NCBI RefSeq assembly: GCF_009600605.1
Contig: NZ_VWNA01000001.1
Span: 1,434,490-1,466,489 of the forward strand
Origin: Segnochrobactrum spirostomi
GTDB lineage: Bacteria; Pseudomonadota; Alphaproteobacteria; Rhizobiales; Segnochrobactraceae
Length of the DNA: 32,000 bases
Reading direction: 5' to 3'
This document shows positions 1-9,629 of this stretch, in pieces. The number at the start of each line of letters is the position of its first letter. Position 1 is the stretch's first letter. The translations under genes and the position numbers were made by a program. The notes under the pieces are model-generated. The model did not search any database and was not told the DNA's origin. It saw only the letters and a program-made list of their open reading frames with translations.

Positions 1-2462
1 CGGGCGATCAGGTCGGCATGGCCGGCAATCGGCCGCGCCCGCGTCAGCGCCATCTGCTCCCAGGTCCACGCCTCGGTCGCCTGATAGGCCTCGAAGCCGC
101 GGATGTGGGTCGCGAGCGGCCCCGCATTGCCGGACGGGCGGAGGCGGAAATCCACCTCGTAGAGCGTCCCCTCCCCGGTCGGCGCGCTCAAGGCGGCGAC
201 GAGGCGCTGGGTCAGGCGAGCATAATATTGGCTCGGTGCGAGCGGCCGGGGGCCGTCCGAATGCTCGGCACCCTCGTCGTGGTCGTACAACAGGATGAGA
301 TCGAGATCGGAGGCCGCCGTCATCTCGCGCCCGCCGAGCTTGCCCATCGCGACCAGGGCGATCTGACCGCCGGGAACGTGGCCGTGCTGGCGCGCGAGTT
401 CGTCGGAGGCCGCCGCGAGCAGACCGCGCACCACGACGTCGGCGAGCGCCGCATAGGCCTCGCCGGCGGCCTCCGGCGCGATGGTGCCGGTGAGCACGCG
501 GACGCCGATCAGGAAGGCCTGCTCCTGGCCGAAGATGCGGGCACGGTCGAGCCGTTCCTCGTAGGAGCGCGCCTCATTGATCGAGCGGGCGAAGCGCGTC
601 CCGAGATCGACCTCGTCGGGCACCGTGTCGAAGAAGGCCGGATCGAGCAGGGCATCGAGCACCCGCGGCCGGCGCGTGAGCACCGCCGCAAGACGCGGCG
701 CGGCGCCCATGATGAGGGCGATAAGGTCGAGCAGCGCCGGATGGGAGCACAAGAGCGAGAAAAGCTGCACGCCGGCGGGAAGCTGCGACAGGAAGCGGTC
801 GAAGGCGTGGAAGGCGGCGTCGGCGTTGTCGGTGCGGGCGAACGCGCCGAGCAAGGCGGGTATGAGTTCGGTCAACCGCTCGCGGGCCCGGCTCGATCGT
901 ACCGCCCGGTAGCGGCCGAAATGCCAGGCGCGGATCGCCCGGGCGACCTCGGAGGGCTGGCGAAAGCCTATCGCCGCCAAGTGCTCGATCGTCGCCGGGT
1001 CGTCGTCGCTGCCGGTGAACACGAGGTCGCCGCCCTCCCCGCCGAGATCGGGAGCGCTCTCGAACAGGCGGACATAATGGCGCTGCACCGCCTCGAGGTG
1101 CTCGCGGAGCCGCTCCGCGAAGTGGCTGGGGTCCCCGAAGCCCATCATCCAGGCGATCCGTGCGAGGCCGGCTTCGTCCTCGGGCAGGGTGTGGCTCTGG
1201 GCGTCGCGCTCCATCTGAATGCGGTGTTCGACGGCGCGCAGGAACACGTAGGCCGCATCGAGTTCGTCGCGGGCCGCGGGCTCGATCCAGCCGAGCTCGG
1301 CGAGCATCGCAAGCATCGCGCGGGTGGAGCGCCCGCGCAGCCGTGGCTCGCGTCCGCCGGCGATGAGCTGCTGGGTCTGGACGAAGAACTCGATCTCGCG
1401 GATGCCGCCGCGCCCGAGCTTCACGTTGTGCCCGGCGACCGCGATGACGCCGTGCCCCTTCACCGCGTTGATCTGTCGCTTGATCGAATGGACGTCGGCG
1501 ATCGAGGCGTAATCGAACGACTTGCGCCAGATGAAGGGGCGGATCTCGGCGAGGAAGGCGGTTCCGGCCGCAATGTCGCCGGCGCAGGGCCGCGCCTTGA
1601 TGAGGGCGGCGCGCTCCCAGTTCTGCCCCATACTCTCGTAATATTGCAGGGCGGCGGGGAGCGAGATGGCGAGCGGGGTGGCCCCGGGATCGGGCCGGAG
1701 CCGCAGGTCGGTGCGGAAGACGTAGCCGTCCGCGGTGCGGTCCTGGAGGATGCGGACGAGCCGCCGCGTCAGGCGCACGAAGAAGGTGCCCGCCTCGTCG
1801 GGATCGGCGAGGCCGGCCCGCTCGGCGTCGTACATCACGATGAGGTCGATATCGCTCGAATAGTTGAGCTCGAAGGCGCCGTGCTTGCCCATCGCAAGCA
1901 CGACATAGCCGTGCTCCTCGGCCGGACGCTCCGGATGGTCGCGGGCGACCTTCCCCTGGGCGGCGGCATCGGTCATCAGGAAGCGCACCGCGCTCTGGAC
2001 GGCGGCATCGGCGAAGCGGCTCAGGGCATCCGTGACCTGACCGACGTTCCAGACGCCGCCGAGATCGGCGAGGGCGATCGTGAGCGCGACCTCCTGCTTG
2101 AGGCGGCGCAGCACCGCCATCGTCTCCGCCTCGCCGGGCTGGCGCAGGGCGGCGGCGGCGATCGCCTCCTCGACGATGCGCTCCGGGCTTTCGAACAGGA
2201 TGCGGTCGAGCCGGGGAAGATCGAGGCGGACAAGATCGCGCAGGAAGGGCGCGTCGGCGCAGGCGGCGACGACGAGCCGGGCGGCGTGCGCGTCGCCCTC
2301 GAGACACGCGGCAAGCCCGGGGCGGTCCGCAGCGCGGGCGAGCGCGACGAGATCGGCGGCGACGGCGGAGAGGGCCTCCGGGTCGGCCTTCGGCACGAGG
2401 CGCACCCGCGCCGCCAGCGCGGCGGCGCCGTTCCCCTTCTCCAGCCCGGATGTCTCGGTCAT
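1..2462 (-). CDS. glnE: Glutamine synthetase adenylyltransferase / adenylyl-removing enzyme GlnE; C-terminal end cut by the left window edge (about 820 codons present)
   Basis: Absent from the ORF track because its stop lies left of position 1. Manual minus-strand translation from ATG 2462..2460 gives MTETSGLEKGNGAAALAARV... and stays open to position 1. It contains two nucleotidyltransferase cores (GKHGAFELNYSSDIDLIVMY and GKLGGREMTAASDLDLILLY) with YVFRTDLRLRP and YEVDFRLRP motifs typical of GlnE. The 879-aa plus ORF 18..2657 is its antisense shadow. Confidence 0.93.
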   Translation of the reverse strand, partial: MTETSGLEKGNGAAALAARVRLVPKADPEALSAVAADLVALARAADRPGLAACLEGDAHAARLVVAACADAPFLRDLVRLDLPRLDRILFESPERIVEEAIAAAALRQPGEAETMAVLRRLKQEVALTIALADLGGVWNVGQVTDALSRFADAAVQSAVRFLMTDAAAQGKVARDHPERPAEEHGYVVLAMGKHGAFELNYSSDIDLIVMYDAERAGLADPDEAGTFFVRLTRRLVRILQDRTADGYVFRTDLRLRPDPGATPLAISLPAALQYYESMGQNWERAALIKARPCAGDIAAGTAFLAEIRPFIWRKSFDYASIADVHSIKRQINAVKGHGVIAVAGHNVKLGRGGIREIEFFVQTQQLIAGGREPRLRGRSTRAMLAMLAELGWIEPAARDELDAAYVFLRAVEHRIQMERDAQSHTLPEDEAGLARIAWMMGFGDPSHFAERLREHLEAVQRHYVRLFESAPDLGGEGGDLVFTGSDDDPATIEHLAAIGFRQPSEVARAIRAWHFGRYRAVRSSRARERLTELIPALLGAFARTDNADAAFHAFDRFLSQLPAGVQLFSLLCSHPALLDLIALIMGAAPRLAAVLTRRPRVLDALLDPAFFDTVPDEVDLGTRFARSINEARSYEERLDRARIFGQEQAFLIGVRVLTGTIAPEAAGEAYAALADVVVRGLLAAASDELARQHGHVPGGQIALVAMGKLGGREMTAASDLDLILLYDHDEGAEHSDGPRPLAPSQYYARLTQRLVAALSAPTGEGTLYEVDFRLRPSGNAGPLATHIRGFEAYQATEAWTWEQMALTRARPIAGHADLIA

Positions 2463-3919
2463 TCCACGTCCGCGTTCGCTGCCTCGGCGGGCCCGGGCGG
2501 CGGAGCGATCGGCAGGACCAGCCGGATGGCGAGCCCCGGCGCCGCGTCGCCGAGCACGAGTTCACCCTTGTGCAGCGATGCGACCGCCTGCACAAGGCTG
2601 AGGCCGAGACCGGAGCCCGGCGCCGAGCGGCTCGCCTCGAGCCGGACGAAGCGCTGAACGACGCGCTCCCGATCCTGCGCCGGAACGCCGGGACCGTTGT
2701 CGGCGACCTCGACGATCGCATGTCCGTCGGTCACCGTGAGCGTGATCCGTACCGCCGGCGGGATGCTCTCGTCGGTCGGCTTGCCGTATTTGAACGCGTT
2801 GTCGACCAGATTGGCGATCGCCTGGGCGATCAGCTCGCGGTGGCCGATCACCCAGAGCCCCGGCGTGACGGCGACCTTCACCGCGACGTCGATCTCCTCG
2901 CCGGCCGGCTCGTAGAGCTCGCCGACCTCGCCGACGATCTCGGACAGATCGGTCGGCACCGCTTCGAGCCCGGCGGAGCCGGCCTCCACCCGCGCGATGC
3001 GCAGAAGCGCCTCGAAGGTGCGGATAAGCGAGTCGGAGTCCTCGATGCTCGCGCCGATCACCTCGCGATAGTCCGCCTCGTCCGGATCGCGGCGCAGGGT
3101 CTCTTCGAGGCGGTTGCGCAGCCGGGTCAGCGGCGTCTTGAGATCGTGGGCGATGTTGTCGGAGACCTCCTTGAGGCCCCGCATCAACTGCTCGATGCGC
3201 TCGAGCATGGCGTTGAGGCTCTCGGCGAGGCGATCGAACTCGTCGCCGGAGCCGTCGATATGGAGGCGTCCCGACAGATCGCCGTCCATGATACGGCGCG
3301 AAGTTTCGGCCACGGCGTCGATCCGCTTCAGCACCCGCCGGCTGACGAACAGCCAGGTCAGCAAGCCGAGCAGCAGGAAGACGCCGATCGAGAACCAATA
3401 GGCCCGCTTGACGATGTGGTCGAAGCGGTCGCGCTCGGCGAGATCGCGGCCGACCAGAAGACGGAAGCCCCCGGGCAGAACGAACACGCGCACCAGCGCA
3501 GATGCTTGGCCGCCGACCCGGGGCTGGCCGCCGTCTTCGTCCTGGAAGCGGACATAGGGCACCGGCTGGGGCGCCCCGTCGGGCGATTCGAGCACGGAGC
3601 TCGGCACGTCCGCGACGTTGCCGGCGAGCCGATTGCCGGCGAAATCGGTCAAGAGATAGAGACTCGCGCCCGGCGCCCGGGAGCGCACGTCGACGACGCG
3701 GATGAGGCGGACGATTCCCCCGCTCTTGTATTGCTCCGCGAGGCCCTGGATCTCGGCGTCGATCGTCTCCCTCATCTGCTTGGTGAGGAGTTCCGACGTG
3801 TTGTAGCCGATATAGACGATCAGGAAGACGGAGAGCGCGGCGAACACCGCGAAATAGAGCGCCGACAGCTTGAGGGCCGTCGTGCGGAAGAAGCGCGTCA
3901 CGCCGCCGGCCACAATCAT
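2459..3919 (-). CDS. Membrane sensor histidine kinase (HAMP + HisKA + HATPase)
   Basis: 486-aa track ORF with two TM segments (LSALYFAVFAALSVFLIVYIGY, YWFSIGVFLLLGLLTWLFV). H-box SDNIAHDLKTPLT; N and G boxes NLVDNAFKYG, DNGPGVP, GSGLGLSLV. Its stop TGA 2461..2459 overlaps the glnE ATG (ATGA). Confidence 0.9.
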   Translation of the reverse strand: MIVAGGVTRFFRTTALKLSALYFAVFAALSVFLIVYIGYNTSELLTKQMRETIDAEIQGLAEQYKSGGIVRLIRVVDVRSRAPGASLYLLTDFAGNRLAGNVADVPSSVLESPDGAPQPVPYVRFQDEDGGQPRVGGQASALVRVFVLPGGFRLLVGRDLAERDRFDHIVKRAYWFSIGVFLLLGLLTWLFVSRRVLKRIDAVAETSRRIMDGDLSGRLHIDGSGDEFDRLAESLNAMLERIEQLMRGLKEVSDNIAHDLKTPLTRLRNRLEETLRRDPDEADYREVIGASIEDSDSLIRTFEALLRIARVEAGSAGLEAVPTDLSEIVGEVGELYEPAGEEIDVAVKVAVTPGLWVIGHRELIAQAIANLVDNAFKYGKPTDESIPPAVRITLTVTDGHAIVEVADNGPGVPAQDRERVVQRFVRLEASRSAPGSGLGLSLVQAVASLHKGELVLGDAAPGLAIRLVLPIAPPPGPAEAANADVE

Positions 3920-3950
3920 CGCTCCCCGCCAGGTCCGGGATCAAAAAGCC

Positions 3951-4637
3951 TCAGCGCAGGCCGTCCCGCACCATATAGCCCGCGCCGCGCACCGTGTGGA
4001 TCAGCGGGCGCTCGAACCCCTTGTCGATCTTCGAGCGCAGCCGCGAGACGTGCACGTCGATCACGTTCGTCTGCGGATCGAAATGGTAATCCCAAACATT
4101 CTCGAGCAGCATCGTGCGGGTGACGACCTGCCCGGCATTCTTCATCAGATATTCGAGGAGGCGGAATTCCCGCGGCTGGAGCGGAATCTCCTGGCCGCCG
4201 CGGGTGACCGTGTGGGAGAGCCGGTCGAGCTCGAGGTCGCCGACCTTGTAGGTGGTATCGACTTCCGCCGGGCGGGAGCGGCGCCCCAAAGCCTCAACGC
4301 GGGCGAGCAGTTCGGTGAAGGCGTAGGGCTTCGTCAGATAATCGTCGCCGCCGGCGCGCAGGCCGGTCACCCGGTCGTCGACCTGACCGAGGGCGGAGAG
4401 GATCAGCGCCGGCGTCCGATCGCCACGGCCGCGCATCTCTTCGATGATCGACAGGCCGTCGCGGTGCGGCAGCATGCGATCGACGACCACCACATCGAAG
4501 CCGCCGGCCTCGACCGCGATCGCGCCTGCCGCCCCGTCGGCGGCGTGCTCAGGCGTGTGCCCCGCCTCGCGCAGACCGCGCACGAGGTAGGCCGCCGCCT
4601 CCTTGTCGTCTTCGATGACCAGAATCCGCATGCTCAT
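3951..4637 (-). CDS. OmpR/PhoB-family response regulator
   Basis: Same frame as track ORF 3951..4844, whose first 69 residues are R/P-rich read-through. Start set at internal ATG 4637 (MSMRILVIEDDKEAAAYL); ATG 4631 is also possible. Receiver domain (VVVDRMLPHRDG, LTKPY) plus winged-helix output (EFRLLEYLMKNAGQVVTRTMLLENVWDYHFDPQTNVIDVHVSRLRSKID, IHTVRGAGYMV). Confidence 0.9.
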   Translation of the reverse strand: MSMRILVIEDDKEAAAYLVRGLREAGHTPEHAADGAAGAIAVEAGGFDVVVVDRMLPHRDGLSIIEEMRGRGDRTPALILSALGQVDDRVTGLRAGGDDYLTKPYAFTELLARVEALGRRSRPAEVDTTYKVGDLELDRLSHTVTRGGQEIPLQPREFRLLEYLMKNAGQVVTRTMLLENVWDYHFDPQTNVIDVHVSRLRSKIDKGFERPLIHTVRGAGYMVRDGLR

Positions 4638-4655
4638 CACTTTAAGCCGCTTTTT

Positions 4656-4670
4656 GATTCCTTGGGAATC
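4656..4670. repeat. Perfect 6-3-6 palindrome GATTCC-TTG-GGAATC about 20-30 nt upstream of the response regulator start codon
   Basis: Read directly from the sequence. It lies in one of the few AT-richer patches of the window (tttaagccgctttttgattcc). Its function is unknown; it may be an operator. Confidence 0.3.
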
Positions 4671-4741
4671 GCTTGGCGATCGTGGTGGGGTTTTTCGCGG
4701 GCCTGATCCTGTGGATCGCGCGGGAGGCGGGAAAGGAAGGT

Positions 4742-4781
4742 GAGACGGCAGGGTCCTTGAGAACCCGATCCCTGCCGTCTC
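4742..4781 (-). terminator. Perfect 12-bp stem / 16-nt loop hairpin between degP and the response regulator gene; possible weak intrinsic terminator or attenuator
   Basis: gagacggcaggg (4742-4753) pairs perfectly with ccctgccgtctc (4770-4781). It lies about 94 nt downstream of the degP stop on the minus strand. It is followed on that strand by a pyrimidine-rich ACCTTCCTTTCCCGCC rather than a clean U-tract, so terminator function is uncertain. Confidence 0.3.
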
Positions 4782-4874
4782 GGATGCCGATGCGGTGGGG
4801 GCGACGACAACCGCAGCAGCATCAGCTCGTCGCCCACCGCGCATCGGCGGCGGGCCAGCATCTCGACGCTGCGG

Positions 4875-6440
4875 TCAGGCCTTGGCGACCGGAACCGCGA
4901 CGAAGCGGAGCTGAGTGCCGCTCTTGAGCTGCATCAGCACGGCCTTCTTGCCTTCGGCCTTGGCGGTGTCGACACCGGCGCTCACATCGCTCGGCTTGGC
5001 GACCGCCTTGCCGCCGACCGAGAGGATCACGTCGCCGACCTGGATGCCCTTGTCGGCGGCCGGACCGTTCGGATCGACGCTGACGACGGCGACGCCCTTG
5101 TCGCTGGGCGAGCCGCTGACGTCGGAGGCCGGCGCGACCGAGAGGCCGAGCTTGCCCACGCTGTCGCCGCCGCTGTTGTCGTCGGCGCTCGCCTGCTGCT
5201 GCTGATCCGGCAGCTTGCCGAGCTTGACCTGGATGTCCTGCGCCTTGCCGTCACGCCACACCGAGAGGGTGACGTTGGTGCCGGGCGAATAGGCGGCGAT
5301 CTTGCGGGCGAGATCGCGCGGGCTGTCCACGGTCTTGCCGTCCACCGAGAGGATGGCGTCACCGGTCTTCACGCCGGCCGCGATCGCCGGGCTGCCGTCC
5401 TGGCTGTCTGCGACGAGGGCGCCCTTGTCGCTCTTGAGGCCGAGGCTCTCGGCGATCTCGTCGGTGATCGGCTGGATCTGCACGCCGAGCCAGCCGCGGG
5501 TGACCGAGCCGTGCTCCTTGAGGTCGGCCACGATCTGCTGGACCGTCGCCGCCGGAATGTCGAAGCCGATGCCGACCGAGCCGCCGGTGGGCGAATAGAT
5601 CGCGGTGTTCATGCCGACGACGTCGCCCTTCAGGTTGAAGGTCGGGCCACCGGAATTGCCCTTGTTGATCGGGGCGTCGATCTGGATGAAGTCGTCGTAG
5701 GGACCGGCGCCGATGTCGCGGCCGCGGGCCGAAACGATGCCCGCCGTGACCGTGTTGCCGAGGCCGAACGGGTTGCCGACCGCGATCACCCAGTCGCCGA
5801 CGCGGCTGTCGCCCTCGGCGAACTTCACGAACGGGAAGTCCTTGTCCTTGCCGCCGTCGACCTTGATGAGCGCGACGTCGGTCTTCTCGTCGGTGCCGAT
5901 GACCTTGGCGGTGTAGGTCTTGCCGTCGTTGGTCAGCACCGTCACCTCGGTCGCCTTGTCGACGACATGGTTGTTGGTGACGATGTAGCCGTCGGCGGAG
6001 ATGAAGAAGCCGGAGCCCTGGCCCATCACGACGTTGTGGGGCGAGCGGCCGCCGTCGGCACCGCCGCGGTTGGCGCCGCCCTTGCCGAACGGAATGCCGA
6101 ACTGCTTGAACCACGGCGGCAACTGCATGCCGCCATTGTCACCGCCCTCGTCATCTCCCCCCTGGAAGCTCGAGGTCTGCGGGCCCATGTCGGCCTTGAC
6201 GCGGATCGATACGACCGCCGGCTGAACCGCGGCGACGACGTCGGCGAAGCTCGGCATCTGCTGCGCGGTCGCCTGCGGAACGGTGACGGCGGCGGCCTGG
6301 GCGGCGCCCGACTGCGCCATCAGCGCTTCGGAGGCGAGACCGCCCACGAGAGCGAGCGACAGCGCGCCCGCCAGCAGCGCCGAGCGGCGGCGGCGCAGGA
6401 GGGAAGACTTCGGAGAGTGCGGAAGGGGGGAAATGGCCAT
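4875..6440 (-). CDS. degP: Periplasmic serine endoprotease, DegP/HtrA (Do) family, two PDZ domains
   Basis: 521-aa track ORF with a signal-like N-terminus (SALLAGALSLALVGGLASEALMA). Trypsin-fold triad contexts TNNHVV (His), DVALIKV (Asp) and GNSGGP (Ser). Two PDZ-like segments (GVKTGDAILSVDG, GIQVGDVILSVGG). Confidence 0.95.
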   Translation of the reverse strand: MAISPLPHSPKSSLLRRRRSALLAGALSLALVGGLASEALMAQSGAAQAAAVTVPQATAQQMPSFADVVAAVQPAVVSIRVKADMGPQTSSFQGGDDEGGDNGGMQLPPWFKQFGIPFGKGGANRGGADGGRSPHNVVMGQGSGFFISADGYIVTNNHVVDKATEVTVLTNDGKTYTAKVIGTDEKTDVALIKVDGGKDKDFPFVKFAEGDSRVGDWVIAVGNPFGLGNTVTAGIVSARGRDIGAGPYDDFIQIDAPINKGNSGGPTFNLKGDVVGMNTAIYSPTGGSVGIGFDIPAATVQQIVADLKEHGSVTRGWLGVQIQPITDEIAESLGLKSDKGALVADSQDGSPAIAAGVKTGDAILSVDGKTVDSPRDLARKIAAYSPGTNVTLSVWRDGKAQDIQVKLGKLPDQQQQASADDNSGGDSVGKLGLSVAPASDVSGSPSDKGVAVVSVDPNGPAADKGIQVGDVILSVGGKAVAKPSDVSAGVDTAKAEGKKAVLMQLKSGTQLRFVAVPVAKA

Positions 6441-6536
6441 CGGCGGGTCCTTGGCGGTCTACTCGAAACGGCGCCGGCGTGTTGCCGAGCGTTGAGAGAA
6501 CCCTGCCAATGGGCGCCTTACGGCAGCCTGTCCGGC

Positions 6537-7076
6537 TTATGAAATCTTGGTAATCTCGCGGGCGAGGATGGCGGATTCGCCGTCGCCCTTCGGCGCCGGC
6601 GGCTTGCGGCCGAGAAGCCGGGCGATTTCCGCCTTTTCCGCCTCGGTGAGCGGGTCTTCGGCGTGCGAGGCTTCGCCCTCGCGCCGCGCGCGGCGCCAGG
6701 CGACGAGCGCGGCGATCAGCCCGATGACCAGAAGCACTGGCGCGGTGAGCCACAATACGAGCGTGCGCGGCTCGAAGCGGGGCTTCAGAAGCACGAACTC
6801 GCCATAGCGTGAGACGAGATAATCGAAGACTTGGCGATTGCTGTCGCCGGCCTTCAGCCGGTCGCGCACGAGGACGCGGAGGTCGCGCGCGAGCGGCGCC
6901 TCCGAATCGTCGATCGATTCGTTCTGGCAGACCATGCAGCGCAATTCGGACGTGATCGTCCGCGCCCGGGCCTCGAGCTTCGCGTCGGGGAGGACCTCGT
7001 CGGGCTGAACGGCTCCCGCAGTGCCCGCGGCAGCGATCAGAAGACCGGCCGCGAGCACCAACGTCGTGCGTTTCAT
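6537..7076 (-). CDS. ccmH: Cytochrome c-type biogenesis protein CcmH/CycL
   Basis: Track ORF 6537..7079 starts at GTG 7079. The adjacent ATG 7076 has a better-spaced GGAG, so it is used here. Signal peptide, then the diagnostic [23 protein letters not shown] (CXXC) motif and a C-terminal TM segment. Confidence 0.92.
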   Translation of the reverse strand: MKRTTLVLAAGLLIAAAGTAGAVQPDEVLPDAKLEARARTITSELRCMVCQNESIDDSEAPLARDLRVLVRDRLKAGDSNRQVFDYLVSRYGEFVLLKPRFEPRTLVLWLTAPVLLVIGLIAALVAWRRARREGEASHAEDPLTEAEKAEIARLLGRKPPAPKGDGESAILAREITKIS

Positions 7077-7080
7077 CACA

Positions 7081-9057
7081 TTACTCCGCCGCCGCCACCG
7101 CGCGCCGCGCGGGTTCGGGAACGCCTATGCGCATTCGGCGATCACTGAGGGACAAGGCTCCACCGATCGCCATGACGATCGCCCCGAGCCAGATGAGGGT
7201 TACGAGCGGCTTCACATAAGCCCGCATGGCGACCGAGCCGTCGGCGCCGAGATCGCCGAGGGCGACGTAGACCTGGGAGAGGCCGAGCGTGACGATGCCG
7301 GTCTCGCTGGTCGTCATCTGCCGGGTCGCGTAGGTGCGCTTCGACGGCGTCAGGGTTGCGACGACGCGGCCGCCTTGCCGAAGAGTGAACGTCGCGACCG
7401 CGGCCTCGAAATCGCCGGCGGCGCTGCGCGTCAGACCGTCGAACGTGAGGGTATAGCCCGCGAGCGGCACGCTCCCGCCGACCGGAACCGTCGCGATCCT
7501 CTCGGTCTGGAAGGACGAGGTCGCGACGATGCCGAGCAGGCTCACCCCGAGCCCCATATGGCCGAGGGTGGTCCCCCACGACGACCGCGGCAGGCCGACG
7601 AGGCGACGCATGCCGTTGCCGAGCGTCTTCGCGCCGCGGGTCGCCCGCCACAGGGGTTCCCAGAACGCGCCCATTAGGAGCCAGGCCGCGAGCCCGATGC
7701 CGAGCGAAGCGAGGATGTGATCGTAGCCGAGCGCCCAGGCGCAGACGGCGACCGTCGCGAGTGCGACGAAGGCGGCGAAGGCGAGGCGCTGGGCGACCCC
7801 GAGGAGATCGCCGCGCTTCCAGGCGAGGAACGGCCCGAACGGCACCGCGAGCAGCGCCGGGATCATCAGCGGGGCGAACGTCATGTTGAAGAACGGCGCA
7901 CCGACCGAGATCTTCTCCCCCGTCAGCGCCTCGAGGGCGAGCGGATAGAGCGTCCCGACGAGCACCGTCGCGCAGGCGGTGGTGAGAAAGAGGTTGTTGA
8001 GCACCAGCGCGCCTTCGCGGCTCACCGGCGCGAACAGACCGCCCGCCTTCAAAGCCTGGGCGCGCCACGCGAACAGCGTGAGCGAGCCGCCGATGAAGAC
8101 GACGAGAATGCCGAGGATGAAGATGCCGCGCGTCGGATCGGTCGCGAAGGCATGGACCGACGTGAGCACGCCCGAGCGGACCAGGAAGGTGCCGAGCAGG
8201 GACAGCGAGAAGGTCAGGATGGCGAGCAGCACCGTCCAGATCTTCAGCGCGTCGCGCTTCTCCATCACCAGAGCGGAATGGATCAGCGCCGTGCCGGCGA
8301 GCCACGGCATGAACGAGGCGTTTTCGACCGGGTCCCAGAACCACCAGCCGCCCCAGCCGAGCTCGTAATAGGCCCAATAGGAGCCCATCGCGATGCCGAG
8401 GGTGAGGAAGACCCAGGCGGCGAGCGTCCACGGCCGCACCCAGCGCGCCCACGCCGCATCGATGCGCCCCTCGATCAGGGCGGCAACGGCGAAGGAGAAC
8501 GACACCGACATGCCGACATAGCCGAGATAGAGCAGCGGCGGGTGGATCGCGAGGCCGATGTCCTGGAGCAGCGGGTTGAGATCCTGCCCCTCGACCGGCG
8601 CCGGCTGGAGGCGCGTGAACGGGTTCGAGGTGAGCAGGATGAAGAGCAGGAAGGCGACGACGATCCAGGCCTGAACGCCGAGCACATTGGCCCGGAGCGT
8701 CTGCGGCAGACCGCGGCCGAACAGCGCGACCAGCGCTCCGAACAGCACCAGGATCAGCACCCAGAGCAGCATCGAGCCTTCGTGGTTGCCCCAAACGCCG
8801 GTGAACTTGAACAGGAGCGGCATCGCCGAATGGGAGTTCTCGGCGACGTTGAGGAGCGAGAAGTCCGAGCGCACATAGGCGTTCGTCAGCGCGGCGAAGG
8901 AGACCGCGATGAGGCCGAACAGGACGCCGGCCACCGGCTCGGCGACGGCCATCAGGCGGTCGTCGCGAACCCGCGCGCCCCACACCGGCACCACCGATTG
9001 AACGAGGGCGAGCGCGAGCGCCAGAACAAGGGCGAAATGTCCGATCTCGTCGATCAT
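7081..9057 (-). CDS. ccmF: Heme lyase / cytochrome c maturation protein CcmF
   Basis: 658-aa polytopic membrane ORF carrying the WWD motif [19 protein letters not shown]. Flanked by ccmE and ccmH. Confidence 0.97.
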   Translation of the reverse strand: MIDEIGHFALVLALALALVQSVVPVWGARVRDDRLMAVAEPVAGVLFGLIAVSFAALTNAYVRSDFSLLNVAENSHSAMPLLFKFTGVWGNHEGSMLLWVLILVLFGALVALFGRGLPQTLRANVLGVQAWIVVAFLLFILLTSNPFTRLQPAPVEGQDLNPLLQDIGLAIHPPLLYLGYVGMSVSFSFAVAALIEGRIDAAWARWVRPWTLAAWVFLTLGIAMGSYWAYYELGWGGWWFWDPVENASFMPWLAGTALIHSALVMEKRDALKIWTVLLAILTFSLSLLGTFLVRSGVLTSVHAFATDPTRGIFILGILVVFIGGSLTLFAWRAQALKAGGLFAPVSREGALVLNNLFLTTACATVLVGTLYPLALEALTGEKISVGAPFFNMTFAPLMIPALLAVPFGPFLAWKRGDLLGVAQRLAFAAFVALATVAVCAWALGYDHILASLGIGLAAWLLMGAFWEPLWRATRGAKTLGNGMRRLVGLPRSSWGTTLGHMGLGVSLLGIVATSSFQTERIATVPVGGSVPLAGYTLTFDGLTRSAAGDFEAAVATFTLRQGGRVVATLTPSKRTYATRQMTTSETGIVTLGLSQVYVALGDLGADGSVAMRAYVKPLVTLIWLGAIVMAIGGALSLSDRRMRIGVPEPARRAVAAAE

Positions 9058-9515
9058 GGGGCCGCCGATGATGTCTTGGTTTGGCCTTCCTCCCAGACGC
9101 CGCGGGCCTTGAGGGCATCCACGACTTCCTTCGGCATATAGCGCTCGTCGTGCTTGGCGAGCACGGTGTCGGCGTGGAAGCGGCCGTCGGGCGCGATCGT
9201 GCCCTCGGCCACCACGCCCTGCCCCTCGCGGAACAGGTCCGGCAGCAGGCCGACATAGGTCACCGGGATCTGGTGCGCCGTATCCGTCACCACGAAATCG
9301 ACCTTCTCACCACCGCTCTTCACCACGCTGCCGGCGAGCACGAGCCCGCCGAGGCGGATCCGGTCGCCGGGCGCAACGTGGAGAGTGGCGAGGTCCGTCG
9401 GCGACCGGAAGAACACGATCTCGTCCTTCAGGGCGGTCAGAACCAGGGCGGCCGCCGCCGCGAGGACGACACCGCACAATCCGATCAGCGTCAAACGTCG
9501 CTGCTTTCGGGTCAT
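9054..9515 (-). CDS. ccmE: Heme chaperone CcmE
   Basis: 153 aa with an N-terminal membrane anchor. Heme-binding histidine context [11 protein letters not shown]. Stop overlaps the ccmF start (ATGA at 9054-9057). Confidence 0.97.
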   Translation of the reverse strand: MTRKQRRLTLIGLCGVVLAAAAALVLTALKDEIVFFRSPTDLATLHVAPGDRIRLGGLVLAGSVVKSGGEKVDFVVTDTAHQIPVTYVGLLPDLFREGQGVVAEGTIAPDGRFHADTVLAKHDERYMPKEVVDALKARGVWEEGQTKTSSAAP

Positions 9516-9629
9516 TCCCTCTGTCCGTTTCCCGGCGGCGGGGCCGCCTTGTTGTTTATAGCACCGCGAAGGAGTCCGGAGGCTGTCGTCCGAACGAAGC
9601 GGGCCGTTTGATGCCCACTTTATGGCGCA

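Noticed and set aside
4641-4655. CtrA-box-like TTAA-N7-TTTG next to the response regulator start codon
   Set aside because: Only one half-site is a true TTAA, and the element sits where the ribosome-binding region should be. It is most likely a chance match in an AT-richer leader.
6350-6440. Twin-arginine-like LRRRRSALL in the DegP signal region
   Set aside because: DegP/HtrA proteases are Sec substrates. The motif lacks the typical S/T-R-R-x-F-L-K context, and the arginines probably just form the positively charged n-region.
6491-6508. Sigma-54-like element TGGCAG-N5-TCTCA upstream of degP
   Set aside because: The -24 half is acceptable but the -12 element lacks the conserved GC (TCTC instead of TTGC). 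A single weak match in a 96-bp spacer is not meaningful.
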